From Eledone cirrhosa (Eukaryota), in NCBI GenBank assembly GCA_964016885.1, contig OZ024763.1:11036001-11100000 (forward strand): 64,000 nt of DNA. Direction: 5' to 3'. The position numbers were made by a program, and so were the translations under genes. Shown here in pieces: positions 13,843-25,947 of this stretch. The notes under the pieces were generated by a model, which saw only the letters and a list, made by a program, of their open reading frames with translations, did not search any database and had not been told where the DNA came from. Within the stretch, counting starts at the first letter, position 1, and every line of letters begins with the position of its first letter.

Positions 13843-13920
<78 letters not shown>

Positions 13921-14006
13921 CGAAAGGGATATTCAATTTGTTGGTAATTCAACAAATATAAATGTTTATAACTGTTTCAGAGCACTCGGCAGATTTTGTG
14001 GAGTAA

Positions 14007-14217
14007 ATATTCAATGATATTAAATAAATGGAAACCATATTTATAAAACCATATTTATTCTATTTCAAGGAAAAATACCTTAACGGTTAAAGTTTTTCCA
14101 GGAGAAACTTGAACCGTTAAGGTATTTTTTCTTAGTTTTGGTACCCTCGAAATATATATAATAGAATAAATATGGTTTTATAAATATAGTTTCCATTTAT
14201 TTAATATCATTGAATAT
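14007..14217. repeat. Nested fold-back palindrome of a PLE-like terminal repeat
   Basis: Outer arms ATATTCAATGATATTAAATAAATGGAAAC / GTTTCCATTTATTTAATATCATTGAATAT, inner arms AAAAATACCTTAACGGTT / AACCGTTAAGGTATTTTT; the tail matches 1-57 and 48853-48907. Confidence 0.8.
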
Positions 14218-14310
14218 ATATATATATATATATATATTCTCAGAATGAAAAAATCCTGGTGTATTTATTGACAGTGGATTAATCGACTGTCAATAAATAC
14301 ACCACGATTT

Positions 14311-14371
14311 TTTCATTCTGATGATAGAAGGCACATTTTGTTTGCTTTCAAGAAACCACTGGTAAATGAAA
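14311..14371 (+). ncRNA. Type I hammerhead ribozyme
   Basis: TTTCATT-CTGATGA-TAGAAGGCA..TGCTTTCAA-GAAA-CCACTGG-TA/AATGAAA; preceded by a palindrome at 14240-14321. Confidence 0.72.
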
Positions 14372-14465
14372 TAATTATCTTATGTTGTTCATTACATAAC
14401 TATTGAACTCTGTAACCTACATAGAGCACTCTTTTTTTCCTGGACCTTTCCGACGGAATTACTTC

Positions 14466-14556
<91 letters not shown>

Positions 14557-14704
14557 AGTATTAAGTTGTTAAACAATATTCAATGATTATGTCAAAGAAT
14601 GAGTTTTACGGTAGATTGGAAGCACTCAACGGAAAATTATTTTCAGGAGTTATTAATATTAAAATATAAGTATTAATAAAATAGATGTTCTTTTGATCAA
14701 TTAC

Positions 14705-14757
14705 ATTTTATTATACATATTTCGGATGTACAACAGTACGTCCTCATCAGACAAAAT
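14705..14757 (-). ncRNA. Type I hammerhead ribozyme (left arm)
   Basis: ATTTTGT-CTGATGA-GGACGTAC TGTT GTACATCC-GAAA-TATGTA-TA/ATAAAAT. Confidence 0.8.
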
Positions 14758-15456
14758 ATAATGATACATGACATACCCTGAGATGTTAAATGGTTAAGAT
14801 TTAATCAAGGTAGTGATTACCCGATAGAAAATGTTGCTTATATAATATCTGTGTGAGAGTGCGAAAACGTAATGAATTCATTAGAGAATGTGTGAGTAAG
14901 AAAAAATGTTGCATACTTAAAGTGTTCTAAAATTTTAAATTGTATGATACGATAATATCTAGGGAAATGTCTCATGAATCATAACACCCAGTGATAGCCA
15001 CTGGAAAAAGATTTATAAGGATGGAAAGATAAAGTGTGTGTGTGTGTGTGGGGGGGGGGGGGGGTCGAAAGTTAAACGGTTAGAATTTGGAAATATTTAA
15101 TTTATAATATTAATGTGAAGACTCCAGATTTCAGGATTATTTACTATTTAATTATATATTATTTATATTATATAAATTCGATAAGTCTGTTATCATTTCT
15201 AAACCTCTGAATTGTGAGAATAACATTTTAAAGGATTTAGCTGGCACGTAAAGAATGAAATATTATACTGTTGATTAATTACCTAACTCTAAACTTTAAC
15301 AAATATCTCAACATATTAGGTATGTAAATCTTTTGAAGTATTTATTGTTATAAATATTTGAATAACTACTATGTATATAGGTATATATTAATGAGTCAGT
15401 ATATATAAGGTAAAAATAAAATAAAATAATATGTTACAGATAATTATCCAGATAAT

Positions 15457-15622
15457 AAGGCCAGCAATTAACCAGTGCATTACTGGTACTTTATTTTATC
15501 GACCCCGTAAGGATGAAAGGCAAAGTCAACCTCGACGGGATTTGAACTCAGATCGTAAAGGGACGTAACTATGCTGGAAAGCATGGCGTCCGACCCTCTA
15601 CCGATACTGCCAATCCACCGCC
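15457..15622 (-). mobile_element. SINE family A in the palindrome spacer
   Basis: Matches the family consensus; 3' end truncated. Confidence 0.85.
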
Positions 15623-16364
15623 CTATATCTAATAATACGTTGATATCTTGGTTGAAGAATAATTATACATATCTATAAATTTTATCTGTCACATATTATT
15701 TTATTTTATTTTTACCTTATATATACTGACTCATTAATATATACCTATATACATAGTAGTTATTCAAATATTTATAACAATAAATACTTCAAAAGATTTA
15801 CATACCTAATATGTTGAGATATTTGTTAAAGTTTAGAGTTAGGTAATTAATCAACAGTATAATATTTCATTCTTTACGTGCCAGCTAAATCCTTTAAAAT
15901 GTTATTCTCACAATTCAGAGGTTTAGAAATGATAACACACTTATCGAATTTATATAATATAAATAATATATAATTAAATAGTAAATAATCCTGAAATCTG
16001 GAGTCTTCACATTAATATTATAAATTAAATATTTCCAAATTCTAACCGTTTAACTTTCGACCCCCCCCCCCCCCACACACACACACACTTTATCTTTCCA
16101 TCCTTATAAATCTTTTTCCAGTGGCTATCACTGGGTTTTATGATTCATGAGACGTTTCCCTAGATATTATCGTATCATACAATTTAAAATTTTAGAACAC
16201 TTTAAGTATGCAACATTTTTTCTTACTCACACATTCTCTAATGAATTCATTACGTTTTCGCACTCTCACACAGATATTATATAAGCAACATTTTCTATCG
16301 GGTAATCACTACCTTGATTAAATCTTAACCATTTAACATCTCAGGGTATGTCATGTATCATTAT

Positions 16365-16417
16365 ATTTTGTCTGATGAGGACGTACTGTTGTACATCCGA
16401 AATATATATAATAAAAT
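16365..16417 (+). ncRNA. Type I hammerhead ribozyme (right arm)
   Basis: ATTTTGT-CTGATGA-GGACGTAC TGTT GTACATCC-GAAA-TATATA-TA/ATAAAAT. Confidence 0.82.
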
Positions 16418-17068
16418 GTAATTGATCAAAAGAACATCTATTTTATTAATACTTATATTTTAATATATATATATATGTGTGTGTGTATATATATAAATAA
16501 TTCTTTTTGAAATAGTGCATGTGAACGGTTTATCTGAGTTGACCTTGCGTCAAATAAAAGAAAAATCTTCACCACTACCACCACCACTACCAACACCACT
16601 ACCAACACCACCACTACCACTACCACCGACACTGACACGCAACAGTGGTGGAAGTAGCTTGTCTAACAAGCCAACCCAACCTTTAGCTGCAGTAATCTCC
16701 ATTTATCGTCCAGTTACTGATGAATCTCTACATTCAAAGAAGTTCGTTGTGAGAGGGAATAACCCCCAGATGACAGCAAGCCGTCGTCGTCAGCATTCTT
16801 TTACGAAGCTATTTTTTATTGGATTTGTTTTTTCATTTTGCAATGTGTAAAATGTCGGCGAGGATAAATAAATCATGGGCGGATATAGATCATTGTAGAA
16901 ATCAATGGATTAGTGTTATATTAGATAAAGATTATCTCGGATTCACTCCTAATATATATATATATACATAAGCAAAGAGATATTTAATTTGTTGGTTATT
17001 CAACAAATTTATTTATAACAGATTCGAAGCACTCTATAAGTTTTCTGGAGTATAATAATTAATATCAT

Positions 17069-17119
<51 letters not shown>

Positions 17120-17128
17120 CACACATAT

Positions 17129-17177
<49 letters not shown>

Positions 17178-17182
<5 letters not shown>

Positions 17183-19346
17183 AGATCAAAAGATGGTTAA
17201 AAGAGTTCCAAGTATTTTATTATGCGCATTAAAAAACAAATATCATCATGGGATGATATCTGCGTTCTCATCAGATAAAATAGGGAGACATGATATGAAG
17301 CTTAAAAAACACTTGTGAGCAGTGAAGTTTTAAATCAACATATGAAAAATAAATTAAGATGGACGTATGAGATTGGGAAAAAGTGAGGGGGGGAGGGGAG
17401 GTAAGGAAGAGGAAGAAATAAGAGTAAAAGGATGGTGGGGGAGGAGTATAAGAAGGAAGGATGAGAGAGGAGGAGAGATGGGTGATAGAGAGAGAGAGAG
17501 ATAGCCTTTAACAACTGAGAAAAAAATATTGTCTCACAGAGAGAAATTAAAAAGCCATTGGAAGATAATAGATAATTTAAAAGATTTTGAAATTAAAAGT
17601 TAATGAGGTTTATGCATGAAGAAAAAGGAATTAAGAATAGTATTAAATTAAGGTTTGTATATTGAAAGGTTTAATAAGTTATGAATTTAGAGGAATTAGT
17701 TAGGGTTTAAGTTTGTTTTTATGTATTGTAATATGTAAAAATAAAATTAAGTTGTAGGTTTAAAACGAGCATGGAATGAGAGAAGAGAACAAAAATTTTA
17801 AGGAAGAAAAAAAATCTAACGTCAAAAAGTTTATATGTTTACGAAAGACTTCTAATGGTAATATTATAATGTATTAAAAAAATAGTTTTAATGGCCAATA
17901 ATATGAGGAAAGATGGAAGAATGGATAATGTTGTAGTGAGTAATAATATGAATTGAGAAGTAATTGGGAAGAAAAAGTACAGATTAGAGATTAGAAATTA
18001 AAAAAGAAAAAAGGAAGAAAGGAAAATGATAAAGAAGAATGACATAGAATGAGTAAATTGTATTATATAATATATAATACTGAAATAAGGTAGAAAGATG
18101 GGTATATTTGTAAAAGATATATAAGCCTTTGAGAAAAAGAGGATTTTAAACTAATAAGGTATTGAGATATTAGCTGTATACTTTATGGAATGTTCTAAGG
18201 GATTTATGCAAGCAGAGCGAAAATAAATCTGTGCGTCTATTTATTATAGAATTGAAATTAGATATAATGGTAAATTTCTCGGCTAGGCAGAGATTACATG
18301 TTCTGGAAAGGGAAGAATTTAGGAAAGGAAAGGAAAGGCGGAACAAACCTTCCTCCAAGAGATGTTATAGTTAATATTTTTGTCTTTCAAGGACCATATG
18401 AGTTCCGAGAGTGCCGTGTTAGTTCTTTTAAGTTGGCATTTAAAAGACGATTTGTGATTATAAAATCTAGCTTTGAAGGAAGTGGAAGTGGAACCGAAAT
18501 AGGTAAAAGAATTAGTATCAGTTATAACTTTCCATTCATAGACTAAGTTTTTATCAAGACAATGGTCATTAAGAGGACATTTAGTTTTAATAGGGCAATT
18601 ACAATTACAATTAGAGAAATTAACAGAGTTATTAACAAGTGACCTAGTATCCTTACGGGGTCGATAAAATAAAGTACCAGTAATGTACTGGGATAATTGC
18701 TGACCTTGTGCCAAAAAGTAGAAACAATTATTTATAGAAGGAATAGGATTGGAGAAGTTATTTACGATAGGAACAATAGTTTACTCATTTAGATTGGTAT
18801 TATGAACATTCAACGAAGTTACGTTTGACGTCGTATTAAAATTTATCCTAAACGGACGGTAGCATAGAATCTAGCCTAGAGTTAACAATGACGTCCGGTA
18901 TACTACTGCTATTATTATGACACTCAGTGTTGGAAGGATGTAATTTATTACTTAATATTTATTGTTGTGTTTAGAGATAATGTTAGAAATGTTGGAAGTG
19001 GTGGAATCAGAAAATTTAATTGTATGTTTGTTAAAGATTTTACTATAGATATGTGAGGGAGGGAAGCATTTATCTAAGGCCCTAAAGAATAGTTTAGGAA
19101 TATTATTATTAATAGATATAGAAAAAGGAGCATTATACCAAATTATATTTTTGTATCTTCTCATCCTTCCTTCTTATACTCCTCCCCCACCATCCTTTTA
19201 CTCTTATTTCTTCCTCTTCCTTACCCCCCCCCCCCCACTTTTTCCCAATCTCATACATCCATCTTAATTTATTTTTCATATGTTGATTTAAAACTTCACT
19301 GCTCATCCCATAATGATATTTGTTTTTGAAATGCGCATAATAAAAC
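17178..19346 (-). mobile_element. 5'-truncated Penelope-like element (Neptune-type GIY-YIG) with a 3' pseudo-LTR and an inverted partial pLTR at its 5' end
   Basis: IIWYNAPFS...FFRALDKCFPPSH..SKIFN (18952-19150); CNCPIKTKCPLNDHCLDKNLVY...YFGSTSTSFKARFYNHKSSF...TALSELIW, then CNLCLAEK. 19157-19346 inverts 17214-17465 (with an internal deletion). Flanked by (TA)n. Confidence 0.88.
17214..17281 (-). ncRNA. Hammerhead of the Neptune pLTR with the GAAA box mutated (probably inactive)
   Basis: ATTTTAT-CTGATGA-GAACGCAGATATCATC..GATGATATTTGTTTT-TTAA-TGCGCA-TA/ATAAAAT; the intact version is at 50529-50597. Confidence 0.65.
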
Positions 19347-19359
19347 TCACCTCCTACAT

Positions 19360-19440
<81 letters not shown>

Positions 19441-19630
19441 GCACATATACACATATATATGTATATATATATATATATATATTATTGTGTATATCTGATA
19501 CTCTGATTCGTTTCGCTTTCAAAGGGAAATCTCATGTTAAATGGAAGGAGAGCGAGGGACATAGTGAGAAAGTTGTGTATGTGTGCGGAAACGAGATGGA
19601 GAGAAAGAGGGTGTATATATATATATATAT

Positions 19631-19672
<42 letters not shown>

Positions 19673-19916
19673 ATATACATATGTATATGGGGTCCGGGTA
19701 ATATTTTCAATTTTATCTTTTTGTTTAAAACCCGATTAGCTTGATCGCTTTTTTTGGCTTGGTGATTAATGGCATAACCATCATATCAGTTTGTATGGCC
19801 TTTTTAACGTATGTTTATTGCTCTGGACCATTCGTATCTATCGAGCGCTTGCCAACACATATCGAAGGTTGCTTTTCGCTGCTTTTATACTCGCCGAAAT
19901 GCGATTCTCGCTAAAT

Positions 19917-19970
<54 letters not shown>

Positions 19971-19994
19971 GGTCCAGAAATATATATATATATA

Positions 19995-20143
19995 TATATT
20001 TCTGGACCAGAAATAGCCGTCGAAACGGCTTGAGCTCTGTCGCCGGGGTCATACTTTTTCCTATTACCCACTCTACTACCCTAAGTATTGAGTACTCTGG
20101 TGCGTTATGGTCCATCTGGTTCCTTACCACACTTCCTTCGTTA
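19995..20143 (+). mobile_element. PLE-like terminal-repeat fragment with the 3' half of a hammerhead
   Basis: GCCGTCGAAACGGCTTGAGCTC...AAGTATTGAGTAC...TTCGTT; family copies at 41143-41337 and 48969-49161, all within (TA)n. Confidence 0.55.
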
Positions 20144-20334
20144 CATATATATATGTAATGAAGGGTATTATAGGTGGTTTTTAGATGAAATAACAAGAAT
20201 AGCTGATTTACTTTATATATGAAAAAGGTTTACTTCGGTTGAGTCAAAAATAACAGCAAACAAGTTACCACGAGTCGCGAAGATTGACAATGTTATTTTG
20301 TTGTTGGTTCATGAGGTTGGTGTAGTGTGAGACC

Positions 20335-20403
<69 letters not shown>

Positions 20404-20884
20404 ATGGTCTGTGGTTGTCTGTAGACCTCTGCGGCCTATAGGTGGCGGTGAATCTTTACATAGCTTGTCTATAGAGTACGGCTCCGATCTCTCTGTGTGT
20501 TAGACGAGGGATGATACAGGCTTTTATACCTGTCGCTTTCTGTCTCCTGCCTCGAGGGATCGCCCACGCATGAAACCTGTCCACGCCGAAAAGGATGGTG
20601 ACCTAGAATTTGACTTTCAGGTGTCACCCAGGGTTCAAGGCGTTGACAGATCTCGCTACGTATATGCCTGTGTATGTACGCGTGTATGTAAGTTTATATA
20701 TGTGTGTGTGTGTCATATAATAAATATTTATACACGCCACCACGCAACTATTATATCTGTAATGAATACTCAACTTAATTGTCAACGACTACGTCCACCT
20801 AGGTGTATAGAAACACCACCTACTGATACTTGTTGATGCTGTTGCGTCCATGCAGCGTGGCTAAATTATTTAGGAGTTCGTTTT

Positions 20885-21452
20885 GCTATCCTCCGAATTG
20901 AGAGATCAGAGCTCCGATGCTATGGCCATGTGGTTAGAATATCTCAGTGAGGAATCGGTGGACAGATTTTACGGGCGAAACCAACAGGCAGGAGACCCAG
21001 GAGTAGAGCCCCCCCCCAGCAAGATGGTTGGATAGCAACCATGAGCTTGGCTGGTCACGCTTGGGGATCTAGCCGGATCAGTTGAGGACGATTGCTTCTG
21101 ACAGGACCCACTGGAAGGAGTGTTTGAAGACCCTCGACCCTCTCAGGAAGAAGAAGAAGAAGGAGGAGGAGGAGGAGAAGAAGAAGAAGAAGAAGAAGAA
21201 GAAGAAGAAGAAGAAGAAGAAGAAGAAGAAGAAGAAGAAGAAGAAGAAGGGGGAGAAGAAGAAGAAGAAGAAGAAGAAGGAGGAGGAGGAGGAGGAGGAG
21301 GAGGAGGAGAAGAAGAAGAAGAAGAAGAAGAAGAAGAAGAAAGAGGAGGAGGAGGAGGAGGAGGAGGAAGAGGAGGAGGAGAAGGAGAAGAAGAAGAAGA
21401 AGAAGAAGAAGAAGAAGAAGAAGAAGAAGGACAAGGAGAAGAAGAAGAAGCG
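20885..21452 (+). mobile_element. RTE LINE 3' end with a greatly expanded (GAA)/(GAG) tail
   Basis: CTCCGAATTGAGAGATCAGAGCTCCGATGCTATGGCCATGTGG (LRIERSELRCYGHV) to ACCCTCTCAGGAAG, then ~300 bp of GAA/GAG. Confidence 0.8.
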
Positions 21453-21464
21453 GCTTTGCAATCC

Positions 21465-21800
21465 GACTTCAGTCCCAGTGGTGTGATATTTTGGGCGTCA
21501 TTTATCGTACCCTCAGATCAACCCCTGTCTTGTGAGTGAAAGTGTGTAGACGGGAACTGTTTGGAAGCCCGTCAGTGGACTGTACCTGTAACTGAAAGGG
21601 TCAACCTTGTCACACACTGTGTCATGTTAGATCTCCATGTACTCTAAAGGTACATATCTCTGCGGAATACTCAGCCACATACATTATAGTATATAATTCT
21701 AAAGGACAGGCTTGTCTCACACACACAGTGTCATACTGAATCTTCCTGAGAATTACGTTAACGGTACACGTGTCTGTGGAATAATCAGGCACCCCCACAT
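21465..21800 (+). mobile_element. Degenerate SINE fragments (families B/C)
   Basis: TTCAGTCCCAGTG...GTAGACGGGAACTG..AAGCCCGTC and TGTCATACTGAATCTTCCTGAGAATTACGTTAACGGTACACGTGTCTGTGG; shared with 22730, 32115-32275 and 46480-46580. Confidence 0.55.
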
Positions 21801-21977
21801 AAGATTTATAAGCCTTTATTTCCGTTGATCGAACACCTGGAATATTCATCGCCGAAATCGTGAGAAGTCGATCGATAGTGATCGATATTCGTCGATATAA
21901 TAAAGATGCGGGGGTTTATTGGTTTAGTGGTTAGTGTGACTAGCTCAGTTCCTGTGGGCCACCTGATATATTTCGGG

Positions 21978-22012
<35 letters not shown>

Positions 22013-22082
22013 AATGCTATAGCAGAGTGTATATATATTTTACAGAGAGAGAGGGGGGGGGGGTTGACAGACAGACACAGAT

Positions 22083-22164
<82 letters not shown>

Positions 22165-22327
22165 TCATATGTATATATTATCTAACGTGTCCTTCCTTTT
22201 TTAAGATTGTAAGTTATTATGTAATATTTGCGGGAAATTTGGCTTCTGTTTCTATCAGGCTGATCGATCAACGTATATAGGCTTAGATATTAAAATCACA
22301 AATTATTTTGATGTTCCTGGATTCGAT

Positions 22328-22421
<94 letters not shown>

Positions 22422-22576
22422 CGTTTTAATAACATTTCTTTGCTTTTTCTAATATGTCCACATAAATCACCAGATTCACCACAATCATACAATCCCATAC
22501 AATACCATGCTTTCTCTTTTCTTGTTAATATACTGCATACACATAGTGAATATGTTACACAGGTTGTCATCATATG

Positions 22577-22760
22577 AAGGTACGTGGCTTAATGGTTAAA
22601 GTGTTGGGTTCATGATCGTAAAGTGGTGAGTTCGACTCCAGGACTGAGCGACACGTTGTGTCCTTGAACAAGACACTTTATTACACTTTGCTCCAGCTGG
22701 AAAAAAATGTGTATCATATCATACCCTATGTCACGCTGAATCTCCCTGAGAATTGCATGA
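22577..22760 (+). mobile_element. SINE family B
   Basis: GAAGGTACGTGGCTTAATGGTTA...GAGTTCGACTCC...GTCCTTGAACAAGACACTTTATT. Confidence 0.75.
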
Positions 22761-23123
22761 TCGAGCCAGTGGAACAGACGTCATCAGCAATCGTGAGTCT
22801 AGTCATATCATGATTGTGTAATCGATATATGCCCGCTATTATCAATCCACACTTTCAATCAAGGAATATAAATTATTTGTATTATCAGTAATTGATCAGT
22901 GATCCTTTGTGGCTCGTCACTTCTCTTCCTATCTTCCCCTTTCCCCCTTCCACCTCTCTTCCTCTCCCACCACCATCCCCCTCCCCTTCTTCCCTCCATT
23001 TCCACCTCTTCCTCCCATTCCCCCCCTCTTCTACCCCTCACCCCCCCTCTTCTCCCCCCACATATATATGGTGTTGAAACGGCGAGAGCTCAGGCGCCAG
23101 GGTCGCAACTTCTTCATATTACG

Positions 23124-23212
<89 letters not shown>

Positions 23213-23306
23213 ATTATGACGTCATTTTGAATTTTTAAATGTAAACAATGTCTTTGGCTGCTGGTGTTATGGCGAGGTTTATAATGAGGTTTTTAAACTT
23301 AAATAA

Positions 23307-23353
23307 CTGATTTTGACAAGTCCCAGGAAGAGGACGAAACGTTCGTAAATCAG
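23307..23353 (+). ncRNA. Decayed hammerhead ribozyme
   Basis: CTGATT-TTGACAA(from CTGANGA)-GTCC..GGAC-GAAA-CGTTCG-TA/AATCAG: stems intact, core mutated. Confidence 0.5.
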
Positions 23354-23977
23354 CATTTAATGTAAAAACCTATTTGGTATTTACTTCAATGAATAATTAG
23401 CTTCATGTGTAATTATTATTTTTAACACAATAGGATTTTGTACACATGTTTCTAAAGAAGATTCTTTCAAAGAAGTATGAAATAGCCTTTTGTATTGTTT
23501 ATTATAATAAATTACTGTATTTTGAGCTGTTTTTAACTATTCCACCTACATTTTTAATATTTTATATTGTTTTTGTAAAAAGGCGGATAGGTGGAGAACA
23601 GCAACTCCTAGACGGATTAAGGAAGGTTTTAAGGAGGGAAGTTACAAAGTAAGTGCATATATACACTGTACATAGTGTGTATATAAAGTATCTATAGCGT
23701 ATATATGAGTTGTGACGTCACTGGCGCTAACATGGCAGTCGTGTTACCACTTTGGACTCGGCTGCGAACGTCAATCCTGTTCGTGAAATTAATGAACAGC
23801 TGTGACACTGCCCGCACTTAGTGGAGTTCGATACACACATTGAAGCTTATCTTCTTATTCCTATTTCTTAACAGTAGGCTAATTATGCCCCCCCCCCTCT
23901 GTGTATATGTACATACATACACACATATATATTAATAAATGCATGTATGTGTATATATACGTATATATATATATATA

Positions 23978-24135
23978 ATCGATTCCCGGAGCGGGTGATG
24001 CGTTATGTCCTTGAGCAAGACACTTTATTTCACGTTGCTCCTTCTACCTGGAGTTGCGACCATAGAGACTATTAGCAATTCGAAAAACCAATGGAAACAT
24101 TGTTTCCTAGGTCCGATTTGACGAAAGTCGATCGA
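23978..24135 (+). mobile_element. SINE family B, 5'-truncated
   Basis: Matches 12057-12214. Confidence 0.78.
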
Positions 24136-24154
24136 CTGTCGATATATATATAAG

Positions 24155-25720
24155 TATGTTCTTCTGGTTTTATAATTTCACAAATTATTTTACTAATAGA
24201 GAGAGAGTCGGTTTCTAACATAGACACAAGACTATCTCAGTGGAATTTACACATCAACTAAGTAGATATATATACATGCATGCATGTATGTGTGTGTGTG
24301 CAAGTATGGATGTTATTGTATGTGTGGATGTGTATGTTTTGAGTAATATTGTATTGGCATCTGCTGGGCAGCTAACTTCCACTACTGTGCATGCCTTCTT
24401 TCCCTTGTCCCATATCATTATATCTGGTCTGTTATGCCTGCATTTTATTGGGGTTTTTACTGGAACATTCCACCAGTACTCTTTCATATTATGTATATGG
24501 ATGTCTTCCACATTGTTTTAGCTTTTAATGTATTTATTATCGGGGCTATCTTTTCTACGGATTGTATTGTACAGTGTTTTGCCCACTACATCATGCCTCA
24601 TAGGTAGATAGTACCGCTATGACATCTTTGGACAGCTGCTTATGACATGGGTGACATCTTCGATGTTGATTCTGCAGAGTCTGCATCTGTTATCACATCT
24701 AGGTGTTTTGCCTGCATCACTATCTCTTTTGTGAAACAGGTATTTCATTGTTATTTCCTGTTCTTGGATTGCCAAAGTATATCCTTCAAAGTGGGAGCCA
24801 ATATATCAGTTGTTGGTCCAAGATACACTACTTTGTTTATCTATATTACTCTCACTTAGGAGCTTCCTGGCAACATATCCATGCATGATTTTTTACAGAT
24901 AAACATGCAGTTTTTCATCCATGGATTCGCTGCAGTACTGCTGGGCAATTTCCCTGGGTGTGAGTTTTTGTTCTTGGGGACCAGTATTATTTGTTCTAAT
25001 GTCAACCATTCTGGTATAAGTGTATCTCCCTTGAGAGCTTGCTGGTAGAGGTCGATAAGATACCTCCGATAGAATATCAGTTTTTTGTACTAGTACCGGA
25101 GAATCAAGTCTCTTCCTGGTGTTTTCTTATCTTGGAGTTTTCCTATCACAGTCTCAAGGGTATTCTCATTTATTTCGTATGTTTTTGTTGTAGTGTAGGA
25201 GCAATAGTTCTTTTGGATTTCTTTTAGCCACACTGCATCTTGTTTGAAATTATTCTTTTCACCCCATATTTGTCTCCAGAAGGAATCTATGCCTTTCCGG
25301 GATGGGGCTTCAGTGGCACTTATTATTTTCCTCTTCATATCTCTATAGACCGATGTTTGGTTTCGTCTGAATCTTTTATCAATTACTTTTCTTTCATCTA
25401 CCTTCTTCAGGTATCGACGTTTCTCGCTGACAGCTCTCAATTCCTGTTTGAGGGTGATCAGCTTATATTGAAGAGTTCTGGTTGTATTGTCACCAAACAT
25501 CATTTCTATTTTATTTTTCACTCTTTGTTGGTGAGGAGTGGAGTTTTTTTGTTTTTGTTTGCATGTAAGGAGCATTGTCACATATCGTATAGTTTTTCGT
25601 AGGTCAGCAATTTTTTTTTCTATTTTAGTTATATATGATGGTATTTTTGGTGGTGTTTTGTTCTTGTTAATATCTCTGCTATCACCAAGATAATGATTCA
25701 TGAATTCGAATAAAAGATGT
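24155..25720 (-). mobile_element. Internally deleted R4/Dong-type RLE retrotransposon, family 2
   Basis: N-terminal ORF 25090-25701 (FWRQIW...KKTPGRDLI); RLE remnant YWWNVPVKTPIKCRHNRPDIMIWD...VVEVSCP; 3' UTR shared with 56105-56203. Confidence 0.82.
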
Positions 25721-25855
25721 CTTCAGTAGATATAGTTAGAAGAATGTCCAGTCATTACTGTCGGAGATAGTATTCATCTTAAGTTAAATGAATTGTCTCC
25801 CACGCCAAAATGTGCGACTGATCGCGTTGAGTGACTGTTTGTCTGTCTACCTGTC

Positions 25856-25947
25856 TATGTATGTATGTATGTATGTATGTATGTATGTATGTATGTATGT
25901 ATGTATGTATGTATGTATGTATGTATGTATGTATGTATGTATGTATG
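25856..25947. repeat. (TATG)n/(TACA)n tract at the 3' end of the R4/Dong element
   Basis: Perfect tetranucleotide array abutting the 3' UTR. Confidence 0.95.

Larger units (their letters stand above)
14656..16466. mobile_element. ~1.8-kb inverted repeat (arms ~790 bp) of a non-coding PLE-like terminal repeat, with a hammerhead at each outer end
   Basis: 14656-15443 is the near-perfect reverse complement of 15682-16466; the spacer holds a SINE A. Confidence 0.9.

Noticed and set aside
13450-13845. Possible decayed PLE coding fragments (also ~19690-19915)
   Set aside because: Share CGATTCTCGCTAA next to (TA)n, but no motif could be translated with confidence.
20291-20648. Possible solo LTR (minus strand TGTCA...TAACA with TATAAAAG)
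   Set aside because: No matching TSD, second LTR or internal domain seen.
21078-21539. Poly-K/E/G ORFs
   Set aside because: Expanded (GAA)/(GAG) tail of an RTE.
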